Virus record (IMG/VR): IMGVR_UViG_3300032225_002140 | Location: 1 to 31,244 of that record | Length of the DNA stretch: 31,244 nt | Direction: 5' to 3' (one strand) | DNA from: a virus | Lineage: Duplodnaviria > Caudoviricetes | Shown here: positions 7,510 to 17,246 of the stretch, one piece after another | Layout of the letters: every line of letters starts with the position of its first letter | Numbering within the stretch: position 1 is the stretch's first letter | Made by a program: the position numbers and the translations under genes | Notes under the pieces: model-generated | Database searches by the model: none | Seen by the model: the letters and a program-made list of their open reading frames with translations, nothing else | What the model was told of the DNA's origin: nothing

Positions 7510-10500
7510 TTATTCTGTTGGTAAGTTAGCGTGAATATGAAATGCAGTTCCACCGTGAGCTATTACAAAAGTAAACCCTGATGATTTTAATAGATTCATT
7601 ACACTATCAATTTGAGATGAATTAAAAGTAGATGTACGTATGTCTATAGCTAATCCTCTAGAATGAGTTGTTATATCACGTGTAGGACCATATGTTCTAT
7701 GATACGTATCATTTCCTGCTGTTATTACAATTGGATTTGAAGGGGTTATAAAATTAAAAGCTATTTTATTAGCTATTAAATTATTTTGAAATGTTAATAC
7801 AGCATTTTTAAGTTCAGATGTTATATCTCCATTACTAGATAAGTCATCTCCTTTTTCAGTAATGTATTGTTTATTTAATGCTGTTCTTAAAGAATCTGCT
7901 ACTGGTGTTGCTGCTGATACTTTTGCATTTTTTTGTACATTAACTCCATATTCATTTTTCCAAGCATAGTATTTAGTTATTACAGGATATTTTGTATTAT
8001 TTTCATTTACAAATCCAACTCCACTATTTGTTCCTCCACCTTGAGTACTTGCTATATTTAAAGTTCCATTTGATGGATATAAAGTTAAATTATTATAATC
8101 AACTTTAATCCCTTTAGGTTCATCTAATATGATAGTTTGAGCATCTATTTTAGTAATCCAATCTGCTTTTGCAATAGAATGTCCTAAACCTGTTACTATA
8201 TATCCTAATTTAGATCCATATTTTCCGCTTTGATAGCCTTTTGGTAGTATTTCTGAAGGTATTTTAAATATATTTCCTATAATTAATCCTCCAATACCAT
8301 CCATTTCAATTGAAAGTACTGTAGGTATAATTGCTCTACTTTTAGTATTTGAATTACTTGTTGCAGTAAAAAATTCAATAATATCTTTTAATGCATTTCT
8401 ATAGTCATTAACTTTATCTATATCAAAATCAGCATCCGCAAATATATTATATGATAATTGACCAAAATATGTGTATAATACAGCTAATGATTTAGTTAAG
8501 TTACTAATTTTTTGAGAAGGGTCTTTAATATCAGGCGTTGTTGGAGCATCCTTTACAGGTATAATTCTATCAGTTATTCCTCTATTAAAATCAGTTAGTG
8601 AAGTTGTATTAATGCCTAGTGCTCCTCCTTCTACTTGAGCCCCAATAGCTATTTGGGTTGATTGTTCTGGGAATATTTTTGATTCTAATTTATATGAACG
8701 AACAATAGATTTTAAGTTATGTACTTCTAGCATAAAAGCATCATCATATGCTTTAGTTTTACTAGCTCTATCTACATAATTAACATCAATAATTCTAGCT
8801 ATAGATTCATTTGGTTCAGTAAATATATCAAAATTATTTATATTTCCTATAGCAGCTGATATTTTAGATAATATACTTTTAATAAAATCATATAATGATA
8901 TATCGTTTTTTTCTTTTTTATCTTGTCCAGCTAAATTTTCATTATTAACTAAATCGTATAACATGTTTATATTAACATATATATTACCTATAATACCTAA
9001 TTCTAATTCCCATTTATTATTGACATAGTATGGTCTGTTAATATTTTGTAAAAATTTTAAAGCTTCAGTACCAATAGATTGAGCTTTATCTAGTGCTACT
9101 TTTTGTTGAGCTAATTTTTCTGATTCAAATGTAGCAGGATCTTCAGTAATAGATTTTAATTTATTTGTAAGATCTATACTATTTTCTTTATTTCTTTCAA
9201 CTTCGTATGCTGCTGTTTCACCTATTAAAATAACTCTAATATCAAATGCCGCTGCTCCTCCTGGTATTATTTTGTATAATAAGTCATATACACTATTTAT
9301 TTTATTATCTTTAATATATTGTATAAAGGAAGGTTTTATACCTGGATAAGAATTTGAGTTTTTAATTTCTAAAAATTGTCTTTGTAATTCTTCAAATTCA
9401 TTTTGTGCTCTACCGGTTTTATCAACAACGGCTTTTATTACATTTTCATAGGTAGTATTAGAATTAGTAGTAAAATCAATAAGTTGATTAAATAAATCTG
9501 CATAGTTTGTATTAGAATATTTTATTATTGGTTGTCCTTCACCAGGATCTATACTGCTGCTAACTAAATTAATTTTTATTCCATTTGTCCATAAATCATT
9601 TTTAATAAGGCATACAGTAGGATCTACTGATATTTGAAGTGGGTGTGCTAGTGCAAGTAAATATCCGCTGCCACTTGTAGCAAGAGTAGTTGTTGGTTTT
9701 ACATCTTCATATCCTTTTTCCTTAGTAGTTATCTTAGTAAAAGCTTTATTTGCTTTTTTATCTCTTAATAATACATAATTATTTAAAATATCTGTTAATG
9801 ATTCTAAAGCTATATATATTTGTTCATCACTTTTACCTACATTGCCTGTTTTATTGGTTGCATTAGATCCGCCATTTATGTTTATTGTTTTATGAAATAA
9901 ATCATAAGTATAATCATATTTAGTATCATATATATTGATAGAATTACCTTTATCTGATGTAGCATTTCCTAAAAATCCTTCTGAATTTTGTATTCCAATT
10001 TCCCATAATTCTTCAAATAAACCAGATAATATATTTTTAGAATAGGAACTAGATAAATTCATATAAGATATATCTGCTTTTATTCCTTTTGTTACATCTA
10101 TATTTGGGGATAATAATCCTGTTGTTGTTATTGTAGGTAGACTATCTGCGGGTGTGTAATTTATTTTTAATGATTCTAATATTTCGCCTAATGAAATAAT
10201 ATTTGTTACACAATCATATCCACCATCCATTCTAGCTGTCCAGCTGTAATTTTTTACATAACCAAACATTGCTTCGTAATTACCAAAGTGTTCCTCAGTT
10301 TTCTTTTCTAAATCTTTCCATATTTGTTCTTTAGATTTTTTACCTTCTAAAACACCATCATAATAATCAACTCTTGATTGCACATCACCCTTATTATCCA
10401 AATATGGAGACCAACCCCATTCTACTAATACGGTGTACCCTGGTCTCATGTATAGTAATTCTAAATCTTCTAGTTGTTTAATGTCCCAGCATTGAAAATT

Positions 10501-10866
10501 TACTGTTACTTCCCTTAAAGAACCATATGCTGATTTTGATTTAACATCAATGCTAGTAATACCAGGCATTGGGCGAATACCTAAGCGGTATGGAGTGCCA
10601 TCTGCTGCTTTATTACTATATGCATTCGAAAAATCACCTAATCCTGATTTTAAAGTACCGTTTGTGTTTAAGATACCATCTTGTAAAATATATTGATATG
10701 CTAAGTCAGAAGTACCGTTTACATTGACAGCAGAAGTCATTCTAACAAATGAATTGTGTGAATTCAGGAATTGAATGTTTTTAGCTTCACGATTGAAAAT
10801 AGCGTTTTGGCGTTTTTCTATCTGTGTTCTAATGATTGGCTTAAACGATTCTTTAAATATTGACAT
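7510..10866 (-). CDS. Large baseplate hub / tail-associated protein with C-terminal M15/LAS-type Zn peptidase domain
   Basis: Follows the LysM-like gene in the baseplate block. The C-terminus has HSRGLAID (H-x6-D) and FHIH (H-x-H) Zn ligands. Hub-like segments RPMPGITSI, LYMRPGYTVLVEWGW and LSIEMDGIGG. Confidence 0.7.
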   Translation of the reverse strand: MSIFKESFKPIIRTQIEKRQNAIFNREAKNIQFLNSHNSFVRMTSAVNVNGTSDLAYQYILQDGILNTNGTLKSGLGDFSNAYSNKAADGTPYRLGIRPMPGITSIDVKSKSAYGSLREVTVNFQCWDIKQLEDLELLYMRPGYTVLVEWGWSPYLDNKGDVQSRVDYYDGVLEGKKSKEQIWKDLEKKTEEHFGNYEAMFGYVKNYSWTARMDGGYDCVTNIISLGEILESLKINYTPADSLPTITTTGLLSPNIDVTKGIKADISYMNLSSSYSKNILSGLFEELWEIGIQNSEGFLGNATSDKGNSINIYDTKYDYTYDLFHKTININGGSNATNKTGNVGKSDEQIYIALESLTDILNNYVLLRDKKANKAFTKITTKEKGYEDVKPTTTLATSGSGYLLALAHPLQISVDPTVCLIKNDLWTNGIKINLVSSSIDPGEGQPIIKYSNTNYADLFNQLIDFTTNSNTTYENVIKAVVDKTGRAQNEFEELQRQFLEIKNSNSYPGIKPSFIQYIKDNKINSVYDLLYKIIPGGAAAFDIRVILIGETAAYEVERNKENSIDLTNKLKSITEDPATFESEKLAQQKVALDKAQSIGTEALKFLQNINRPYYVNNKWELELGIIGNIYVNINMLYDLVNNENLAGQDKKEKNDISLYDFIKSILSKISAAIGNINNFDIFTEPNESIARIIDVNYVDRASKTKAYDDAFMLEVHNLKSIVRSYKLESKIFPEQSTQIAIGAQVEGGALGINTTSLTDFNRGITDRIIPVKDAPTTPDIKDPSQKISNLTKSLAVLYTYFGQLSYNIFADADFDIDKVNDYRNALKDIIEFFTATSNSNTKSRAIIPTVLSIEMDGIGGLIIGNIFKIPSEILPKGYQSGKYGSKLGYIVTGLGHSIAKADWITKIDAQTIILDEPKGIKVDYNNLTLYPSNGTLNIASTQGGGTNSGVGFVNENNTKYPVITKYYAWKNEYGVNVQKNAKVSAATPVADSLRTALNKQYITEKGDDLSSNGDITSELKNAVLTFQNNLIANKIAFNFITPSNPIVITAGNDTYHRTYGPTRDITTHSRGLAIDIRTSTFNSSQIDSVMNLLKSSGFTFVIAHGGTAFHIHANLPTE

Positions 10867-10871
10867 AACAT

Positions 10872-11177
10872 TTATCTGGAATTATTGAGTTGATAGTACT
10901 GGGTTAGTATATAGGTAAAATCTTGAGGTATTCTTAATTGAGTACCAGGAACAGGAAATAATGATCCTTTAGTTGCGTTGTTGTTTGCTACTGAAATAAT
11001 CCAATATAAACTTGAATCTTTATAGTAGGTATATGCTAGATAATCAAGTCTATCTCCTGCTGTTGTAATAACATATATATCACTTGCATCTAATGGTATA
11101 TTAGGATAAATTACATTTTGATAATAAGGGACATCATTATCTGTTTTTAATATGTTTACTTTATCGTATCGTGCCAT
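10872..11177 (-). CDS. LysM-like baseplate protein (T4 gp53 / P2 gpX-like)
   Basis: GDRLDYLAYTYYKDSSLYWIISVANN...GTQLRIP is the LysM-like wedge signature. Start moved to the ATG at 11177 (MARYDK). Confidence 0.8.
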   Translation of the reverse strand: MARYDKVNILKTDNDVPYYQNVIYPNIPLDASDIYVITTAGDRLDYLAYTYYKDSSLYWIISVANNNATKGSLFPVPGTQLRIPQDFTYILTQYYQLNNSR

Positions 11178-11178
11178 T

Positions 11179-13182
11179 TTATATTGGTTTATAAATACTT
11201 GACGAATTAGGACTAATATATTCTCCTGCAGGGTCCGTTGGTGCATTCCAGTTTTGAGCAATATGAGATATTTTATTTTCTGGTGATTTACTTGGTGTTT
11301 CGTTTTTATCTCTTGTTTGAGAACCAATAGGAGTAAATCCTAATGACACTTCAATAATATGAGGTAATACTAATTCAGTGTCATTTATTGCAATTTCCCA
11401 AGGTGAATCTTTAGTTACTCTATATGACAATGAATCTAATTTTGCTAGTTGGCCGTCAATATAATTACCTATAGTCATTCTAACAAGGGGACCTCTTAAT
11501 ACGTGTCCTATACCATAATCAGGCATTAAATTACCCATTAGGTAGTTTAATTTTTGATACATTGGTTTCATTTCACCGTAAGATAATGCTGCTACTTTAA
11601 AAGTAACATTCATTTTTCTACTAAAACTATCATAAACATAAAATTTATCTCCACGTCCAGCATAGCTTATATCCGTCCAAGAGGCATTTACATCATCTGA
11701 TAGTTCTCCTAAATATGCTCTAAATACCATCCAAACAGATTTAGTAATATCTTCTGTATCAACGGCTTGTATTTGAAATTTAACTAAATCGTTTACTGTT
11801 TGGTTTTTTATTCCAGCAGCAGGAATTGATACTGTTGCAGCATCAAAAGAACCAGCTATGTCTTTAAATAATGGGGTTAAATTAATTGAATCTTGTCTAC
11901 CACTACCTACTCTTAATTCACGTGTTGCTTTATTCCAATTTTTACTTATAGTTACTAGTTCATTATATCTATTAACATATACAACTTTTTTATCACTATT
12001 TGGTAGTATTTCAGTGTTGTATTTAGCATTATCTCCATATATCCCAAAAGCATTTACAGGATCATTATTTAAAATATATGTTTTTTCTCTTAGATTTTTA
12101 GATTCAATTATTTTGGCATAAGTGGCATAATCACCATTTTTAACACCAGTAACAGTTACACTATTTGCTGTTGCGTCTGTAGATTCTACTTTGTTAGAGC
12201 CAGGTATATTATTTAAAACAGTTGGTCTAGAACTATTATTAAATGCTTTTTTATTTAATGAAGAAAGTATAGTTTGTTTATCTGTATCTATATTAGTACT
12301 ATAGTTACTTATTGCTTTTGATCCTTTACCTAATCCACGACTATAATTAAGAATATCTATATCGCCCCCTGTATTATATGCTTTACCGGCTTTATTATCA
12401 GTTAATGTAGTTAATTTTTTTATAGCTTCTCCATCTGCAGTAAATGTAGTTCTATTAATTAGTGTGTTACCTATACCATAAGTTGAACCAGGACCTCCAA
12501 TGTAACTATCTATTATAGAGTCAGTTGGTTTAAAATTTGGTATATTAAGGCCTGTAAGACTATTTATTCTATCAATAAAGTTACTTATAATAGAAGTACT
12601 ATCATCACGTTTTACAGGTTCATTGCCAAGATTAAAAGTTTTTGCTAATCCTGATAATCTATTAGCTTTATTATTGTTATTATCTGTTACTACAGATTCG
12701 TATTTAGTATCATCTGTTTGTATAGGTAACAAACCGTGTCTACTAAAATGACCACCAAATGCATTAACGGGAATTTGTGCTATTGTATTAATACCTAGAT
12801 TATATAGACGAGTGGGTGCTAATAATCCATTTGTAAAACTACCTAAATTACCTGTTAAAAAGGCATTTAATAATCCTCCTACTCCTGTTATTTTTTTAAC
12901 TTCTAATCTAGGATTAGATAGTTGTAAACCTACTTGTTTAGCTATAAATAATGGACCTTTAGGAGTATCAGTAAGAAATTTACCAATACGAAGATTATCG
13001 GTTGCTGATGATTTAATAGCTCCTATAAAGCCACCTCTAATAAGTCCGTCATCTATTCCTAAAATATTTGTAGGATTATTAATATCGTTTTTAATGTAAG
13101 GTTCACTACTGTTACCTCCACCTGGACGATCCTGGCCATACTTAAGTGATTTTAAGTCTGTTTTTAGGTCTATTAAGGGCAT
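11179..13182 (-). CDS. Baseplate / tail-tube initiator-like protein
   Basis: The C-terminal segment FRAYLGELSDDVNASWTDISYAGRGDKFYVYDSFSRKMNVTFKV...PLVRMTIG resembles tube-fold initiator proteins of contractile tails; lies between tape measure and LysM genes. Confidence 0.6.
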   Translation of the reverse strand: MPLIDLKTDLKSLKYGQDRPGGGNSSEPYIKNDINNPTNILGIDDGLIRGGFIGAIKSSATDNLRIGKFLTDTPKGPLFIAKQVGLQLSNPRLEVKKITGVGGLLNAFLTGNLGSFTNGLLAPTRLYNLGINTIAQIPVNAFGGHFSRHGLLPIQTDDTKYESVVTDNNNNKANRLSGLAKTFNLGNEPVKRDDSTSIISNFIDRINSLTGLNIPNFKPTDSIIDSYIGGPGSTYGIGNTLINRTTFTADGEAIKKLTTLTDNKAGKAYNTGGDIDILNYSRGLGKGSKAISNYSTNIDTDKQTILSSLNKKAFNNSSRPTVLNNIPGSNKVESTDATANSVTVTGVKNGDYATYAKIIESKNLREKTYILNNDPVNAFGIYGDNAKYNTEILPNSDKKVVYVNRYNELVTISKNWNKATRELRVGSGRQDSINLTPLFKDIAGSFDAATVSIPAAGIKNQTVNDLVKFQIQAVDTEDITKSVWMVFRAYLGELSDDVNASWTDISYAGRGDKFYVYDSFSRKMNVTFKVAALSYGEMKPMYQKLNYLMGNLMPDYGIGHVLRGPLVRMTIGNYIDGQLAKLDSLSYRVTKDSPWEIAINDTELVLPHIIEVSLGFTPIGSQTRDKNETPSKSPENKISHIAQNWNAPTDPAGEYISPNSSSIYKPI

Positions 13183-13192
13183 TTATTGCTAT

Positions 13193-13543
13193 TTAGTAAC
13201 GTCCGTCTTTTGGACCTTTATCTTTATACTTTTGTCCAGATGCAGATTTGTAGATTTGTGATACTACAGATCCTGCTCCTACTCTACTGTTTTTAGGTGC
13301 TCTAGGATCTAATTCATCTAAAGTTGTATCAGAGTGCATAGTAGTAACACCATCTTTATTAAAATCTTTAAGTACAACGTTAGGAATTTTATTAATATCG
13401 TATGTATTATGTAAACTACTAACTGCAGGGTCTGTATTTTTAGTTGAATCTATGTATCCCCACGCTGATTGTAAGCGTTGTGGGTTAAATCCGTTACCTG
13501 TTAAACTTAAAGTGCTGGTTGTTGCTTGATCAACGATTGGCAT
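13193..13543 (-). CDS. Hypothetical protein (probably virion-associated)
   Basis: 116-aa ORF with its own ATATTTATA motif about 24 nt upstream; no recognisable domain. Confidence 0.7.
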   Translation of the reverse strand: MPIVDQATTSTLSLTGNGFNPQRLQSAWGYIDSTKNTDPAVSSLHNTYDINKIPNVVLKDFNKDGVTTMHSDTTLDELDPRAPKNSRVGAGSVVSQIYKSASGQKYKDKGPKDGRY

Positions 13544-13566
13544 ATTATTAATGTTTTATTGTTTGA

Positions 13567-13575
13567 TATAAATAT
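13567..13575 (-). promoter_or_regulatory. Phage promoter-like motif ATATTTATA upstream of the baseplate block
   Basis: Intergenic, about 24 nt from the start at 13543. Confidence 0.65.
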
Positions 13576-13580
13576 TTAAA

Positions 13581-15614
13581 TTAGACGGTCTTATATGAAC
13601 CTTGTGTTAACAATGTACCTACTCTCTTACCGTCTATGTTCACAATACCTTCTTTAGCATATAGTCTATCTATAGATGCTTTAACAGCATTGATTGCGTT
13701 AATCATTGGTGTTAAATCAGCACCACCACCACCTCCGCCTTTAGCTAATCCAGGACCAGCAAGTAAGTCATCGTTTTTACTTAATTCAAATAATCCACCT
13801 TCTTTAGTTGAAACCATTGTTTTACCATCTGCCGGGCTAATCATGTCGCCTGCTTTAGCAGCAGCATATCCGGCTAATGCTCCTGCAACTGCCGCTAATC
13901 CTCCTACAATCCATAAAGTAGCAGCTCCAAAAGTTGTTGCTTCTACAGTTGCTGTTGTAGCAAGTGCAGTTTCAGTAGCGATAGCGGCTTCTGCACTTTT
14001 TAATCCTATTAAAGCGGGTAATTTAGCTAATTGGGCTATTAAACCTTCTTTTGCTATCATTTGATATAATGCTGCCCCTTTTGAATAAGTCCAAAATATA
14101 CCATAAGCTATACCTATATCTTCTATAATAGGTAGCATATTAGTTAATGCTTCTAATAAACCTCCTATAGGACCTGCTAATAAATTTCCAAAGAAATCTT
14201 GTAATTTTAATATAGCAGCATTGAATTTTTCCTGTACATTTTGTCTTTTTTCTGCTTCTAATGCTTCATCAGCTGTAATTTGAGCTAATGACTTACCACT
14301 TTCAATAGCTAATTGTTGTTTTTTAAGTTGGTCTGCTAATTGATCTGATGATAATCCTAAAGCCTCAGCATATGCTCGTTTAGCTAAAACGTTCATATTT
14401 TCGAACTTATTAAGGGTCATTCCCTGGCTACTAAGTTCTTTTGCTAATGCTATTTGATCACCTGTTAATGCTGCTGCTCTAGCTCTTTCTAGGTTAAGTG
14501 ATTCGCCTGTTAATAATTGAGCTTTAAGTTGACTTTCAATTGATGATTCAAAATCTAGTAATTTATCACCTTGTCCTTTTACTTGCTCTAATGATGTACC
14601 AAATGCTTTAGCTTGAGCTACTGCTTTTACTAACTCAGATGGATTATTTTTTAAATTAGCTGCTAATTCACCTGATACTTTAGCGGCTTCTGCTATTGTA
14701 GCTCTAAATGGAATACCAACTCCAAGCTGGTTTCTAGCTGCTACAAAAGCCTTAACCATATTCTCATTAACCTGAGATGATGATTTGCCTGTTAGGACTG
14801 AATATTGATAAATACCTGCTGCTTCTTCTGCTGTTAAACCAAATTGCTTGGTTAACATTACCTGTGTTTTTAAGGTATCAGCTGAGTATTCAGATACAAA
14901 TCCAGTAGACTCAACTAATTGTCCAAATGCCTCTGATAGGTTAGCAATACTAATATTTACATCATTTGAACTTTGAGCTATATCTTTTATATTGCCTGCT
15001 ACTCTGTTTGCTTGATCAGCTCCGTAACCTAAGTTTTTACCTATATCTACAGACGTTTTATTAAAACGTAAAGCACCATCTATAATAACTTTAAATATAG
15101 CTGCCTCTGAAAAGTAGGTATTTAATATTTCTTCTCGTTTCTTTTTAAAAGCATCAGATAAAGAGCCTTGTTTTTTCTTTTCTTCAGTAAGCTTTTTTTC
15201 TGTTTCAATAACATTTCCTAATTTATTTAGATAATCTGTTATTTTTTCATTTAAAAGTTGTTGTTGAAGATTTTCATCAATTTGTTTTTCAAGAGAAGCT
15301 TTTTTAGTTGCAAATCCACTAATATAACCTTTATTATTAGCTATAACAAGAGCATTTAATCTAGCTTGAAGTGAATTTTGTTCAAGACCTAATTTTCTAT
15401 TTGTTAAAGAAGCACTATCTAAACTTTTTGTAAGAGCTTTAGTAACATTATCTCCTTTTTCAAATCCTTCAACTATTTTTTTAATAGATTCACTAGTTAC
15501 TGCTAAACCACCATTTATATTTGCACTAATATTTTTAGATAAATCATCAATAACATCATTTAGATTATCTAAATCTGTGCTAAGTTGAGATATTATTTTA
15601 GGGTCAACAGCCAT
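13581..15614 (-). CDS. Tail tape measure protein
   Basis: 677 aa, Ala/Leu/Gln/Lys-rich and helical-looking (LLDFESSIESQLKAQLLTGESLNLERARAAAL), hydrophobic C-terminal segments; follows the tube and chaperone genes. Confidence 0.8.
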   Translation of the reverse strand: MAVDPKIISQLSTDLDNLNDVIDDLSKNISANINGGLAVTSESIKKIVEGFEKGDNVTKALTKSLDSASLTNRKLGLEQNSLQARLNALVIANNKGYISGFATKKASLEKQIDENLQQQLLNEKITDYLNKLGNVIETEKKLTEEKKKQGSLSDAFKKKREEILNTYFSEAAIFKVIIDGALRFNKTSVDIGKNLGYGADQANRVAGNIKDIAQSSNDVNISIANLSEAFGQLVESTGFVSEYSADTLKTQVMLTKQFGLTAEEAAGIYQYSVLTGKSSSQVNENMVKAFVAARNQLGVGIPFRATIAEAAKVSGELAANLKNNPSELVKAVAQAKAFGTSLEQVKGQGDKLLDFESSIESQLKAQLLTGESLNLERARAAALTGDQIALAKELSSQGMTLNKFENMNVLAKRAYAEALGLSSDQLADQLKKQQLAIESGKSLAQITADEALEAEKRQNVQEKFNAAILKLQDFFGNLLAGPIGGLLEALTNMLPIIEDIGIAYGIFWTYSKGAALYQMIAKEGLIAQLAKLPALIGLKSAEAAIATETALATTATVEATTFGAATLWIVGGLAAVAGALAGYAAAKAGDMISPADGKTMVSTKEGGLFELSKNDDLLAGPGLAKGGGGGGADLTPMINAINAVKASIDRLYAKEGIVNIDGKRVGTLLTQGSYKTV

Positions 15615-15631
15615 ATTGCGTTAGTATATAG

Positions 15632-15640
15632 TATAAATAT
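15632..15640 (-). promoter_or_regulatory. Phage promoter-like motif ATATTTATA upstream of the tape measure gene
   Basis: Intergenic, abuts the terminator hairpin, about 18 nt from the start at 15614. Confidence 0.65.
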
Positions 15641-15671
15641 ACAAAAGCGCCTATTTTGTAGGCGCCTTTGT
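15641..15671 (-). terminator. Intrinsic terminator covering the stop codon of the frameshift ORF
   Basis: Minus strand ACAAAGGCGCCTA-CAAAA-TAGGCGCTTTTGT forms a 13-bp stem (one G-U) running into a T-rich tail. Confidence 0.7.
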
Positions 15672-15923
15672 GGTATAAGTTGGTTTTGGAGCTATGTTAG
15701 GTTTCGCTAAACTTTTAGTTTTATCATTATTTTGTAATGAATTTTGTTGAGCTTCTATTTTATCATTTTGTTCTTTAAAATGTTCTTGCATTAAATTCCA
15801 CGTAGTTCTACGTAACCATAGTGGCATATTATATACAGTATCCCAATCATATCCACCACCTCCATGAAATACAATTTCATGAATTTGTTTAAATAAATGA
15901 GGTCTATAAGCTGGAGTCAGGCC
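15651..15923 (-). CDS. Unannotated 90-codon gp51-like / gpT-like chaperone extension, probably made by frameshifting from the upstream gene
   Basis: Hand translation: GLTPAYRPHLFKQIHEIVFHGGGGYDWDTVYNMPLWLRRTTWNLMQEHFKEQNDKIEAQQ...KAPTK*. The H-G-x-Y/W...NMP-x-W-x-R pattern resembles T4 gp51-type and tail-chaperone C-terminal domains. No ATG/GTG/TTG occurs before that motif. Confidence 0.78.
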   Translation of the reverse strand, partial: GLTPAYRPHLFKQIHEIVFHGGGGYDWDTVYNMPLWLRRTTWNLMQEHFKEQNDKIEAQQNSLQNNDKTKSLAKPNIAPKPTYTTKAPTK

Positions 15924-16647
15924 AAAAAAAGCTAAGTCCTGGAGTAAATACTATACCCTCCCCTGTATAGTTTTCATCATCGGGGATAAATTTCATTTCA
16001 ATATCTGGTTGGATTTGATTGTAGTAATCGCGTAATGCTCTAGCATCGGCTGCTTGGAAGTAATTATCAACGAAATCACGTACTACTTTTTGATCGCGGT
16101 CACCATTTACTGAAGTAACAATGTGCTTTAAACGTGTTGTAACGTCATATGAGCCATTTGGGTTTACTTTTTGTAATCCCTTAATTTCAGCTTCAATTTT
16201 CTTTTCATCACCGTGTGTTAATAACTTAAACGTTAATGATGTGTTTGTTTTTGGTGTAGTAAATGCAAATTCATTTACACCAGCTACATACAAAGATTCA
16301 TTTAACTCTTTATCCTTTAATGTAGTTAAATCAATAACTTGTTGTTGACCCTTGTATTCAATAGAATAGTCTTTACCATAACCTAAAATACGAGCTGCAA
16401 TTAAAATTGCATTTTTATCGCCAATCAAAATATCATCAAAATTTATTTTGCTGACAACCATTGATTGTAGTAATTTATCTATTACTGTTTGATTTTGAAT
16501 AAAGTTGACATTAGTAAGAATATCTTCTTCCTTAGCTGTCATATACTTCATTTCAATCTGTCCAGATGATAATAGATTTTCTTTAGGGTACAATAAGCCT
16601 TTTGAAGGCAATGAAACCATTTCTGTTGGGAATTTTAATTCTGCCAT
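15904..16647 (-). CDS. T4 gp26-like baseplate hub / tail assembly chaperone
   Basis: LPSKG...MKYMTAKEEDIL...GDKNAILIAARILGYG; ends GLSFFWPDSSL; lies between tube and tape measure genes. Confidence 0.78.
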   Translation of the reverse strand: MAELKFPTEMVSLPSKGLLYPKENLLSSGQIEMKYMTAKEEDILTNVNFIQNQTVIDKLLQSMVVSKINFDDILIGDKNAILIAARILGYGKDYSIEYKGQQQVIDLTTLKDKELNESLYVAGVNEFAFTTPKTNTSLTFKLLTHGDEKKIEAEIKGLQKVNPNGSYDVTTRLKHIVTSVNGDRDQKVVRDFVDNYFQAADARALRDYYNQIQPDIEMKFIPDDENYTGEGIVFTPGLSFFWPDSSL

Positions 16648-16669
16648 ATAACTTTATAATGTTTGTGTA

Positions 16670-16678
16670 TATAAATAT
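16670..16678 (-). promoter_or_regulatory. Phage promoter-like motif ATATTTATA upstream of the chaperone gene
   Basis: Intergenic, just after the tube terminator, about 23 nt from the start at 16647. Confidence 0.65.
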
Positions 16679-16682
16679 ATGC

Positions 16683-16715
16683 AAAAAAAAGACGTTTACC
16701 AAAGTAAACGCCTTT
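16683..16715 (-). terminator. Intrinsic terminator after the tail tube gene
   Basis: Minus strand AAAGGCGTTTAC-TTTG-GTAAACGTC followed by T8. Confidence 0.85.
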
Positions 16716-16736
16716 CTTGTATGTAAATTTGTATGA

Positions 16737-17222
16737 TTAGAAATTCAATACGCAATAATCCATAGCTACTGTAACTGATAATGCTATATATGCTTCACTA
16801 GCCCAATCGTAATCACCGAATGTAGCTGTTTTAACGTAAGCACCTTTAACTATCCACTCACCTACTACATCACCTACTGGACCTAGAATATCTAATGTTA
16901 AGTCTTTTTTATAGAAATCAGAATAACCATCACGGCCTGTTACTGATTCGTGTGCCAAACGAGCCCATTCCATTACTGATTGAGCACCACTTGGAGTGAT
17001 TGGATCGTATAATTCTAATGTCATGTCATTCCACTTAACTTTACCTTTAATTTTACGGTAAACGTTAATATGATCTAATATGATTTCGCCGGCGTCAAAT
17101 CCAGGTGCGCTAGCTTTTTTAATCAAGTATGCTGGGATACCATCTATATACATCATGAAACGATTCTGAACTTTAGGTTCAAACGCTGTGAACATGATTT
17201 CGTTAGGGCTTAATACTGGCAT
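16737..17222 (-). CDS. Tail tube protein (T4 gp19-like)
   Basis: 161 aa directly after the sheath gene; FEPKVQNRF, KGKVKWNDMTLELYDPI, VMEW, YKKDLTL and GEWIVKGAY motifs. Confidence 0.92.
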   Translation of the reverse strand: MPVLSPNEIMFTAFEPKVQNRFMMYIDGIPAYLIKKASAPGFDAGEIILDHINVYRKIKGKVKWNDMTLELYDPITPSGAQSVMEWARLAHESVTGRDGYSDFYKKDLTLDILGPVGDVVGEWIVKGAYVKTATFGDYDWASEAYIALSVTVAMDYCVLNF

Positions 17223-17246
17223 TGTTTATGTATGTTTTGTTCTATT

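Noticed and set aside
15915-15935. Canonical -1 frameshift at the U7 run
   Set aside because: The -1 frame reads TTG GCC TGA and stops after two codons; only the +1/-2 frame is productive.
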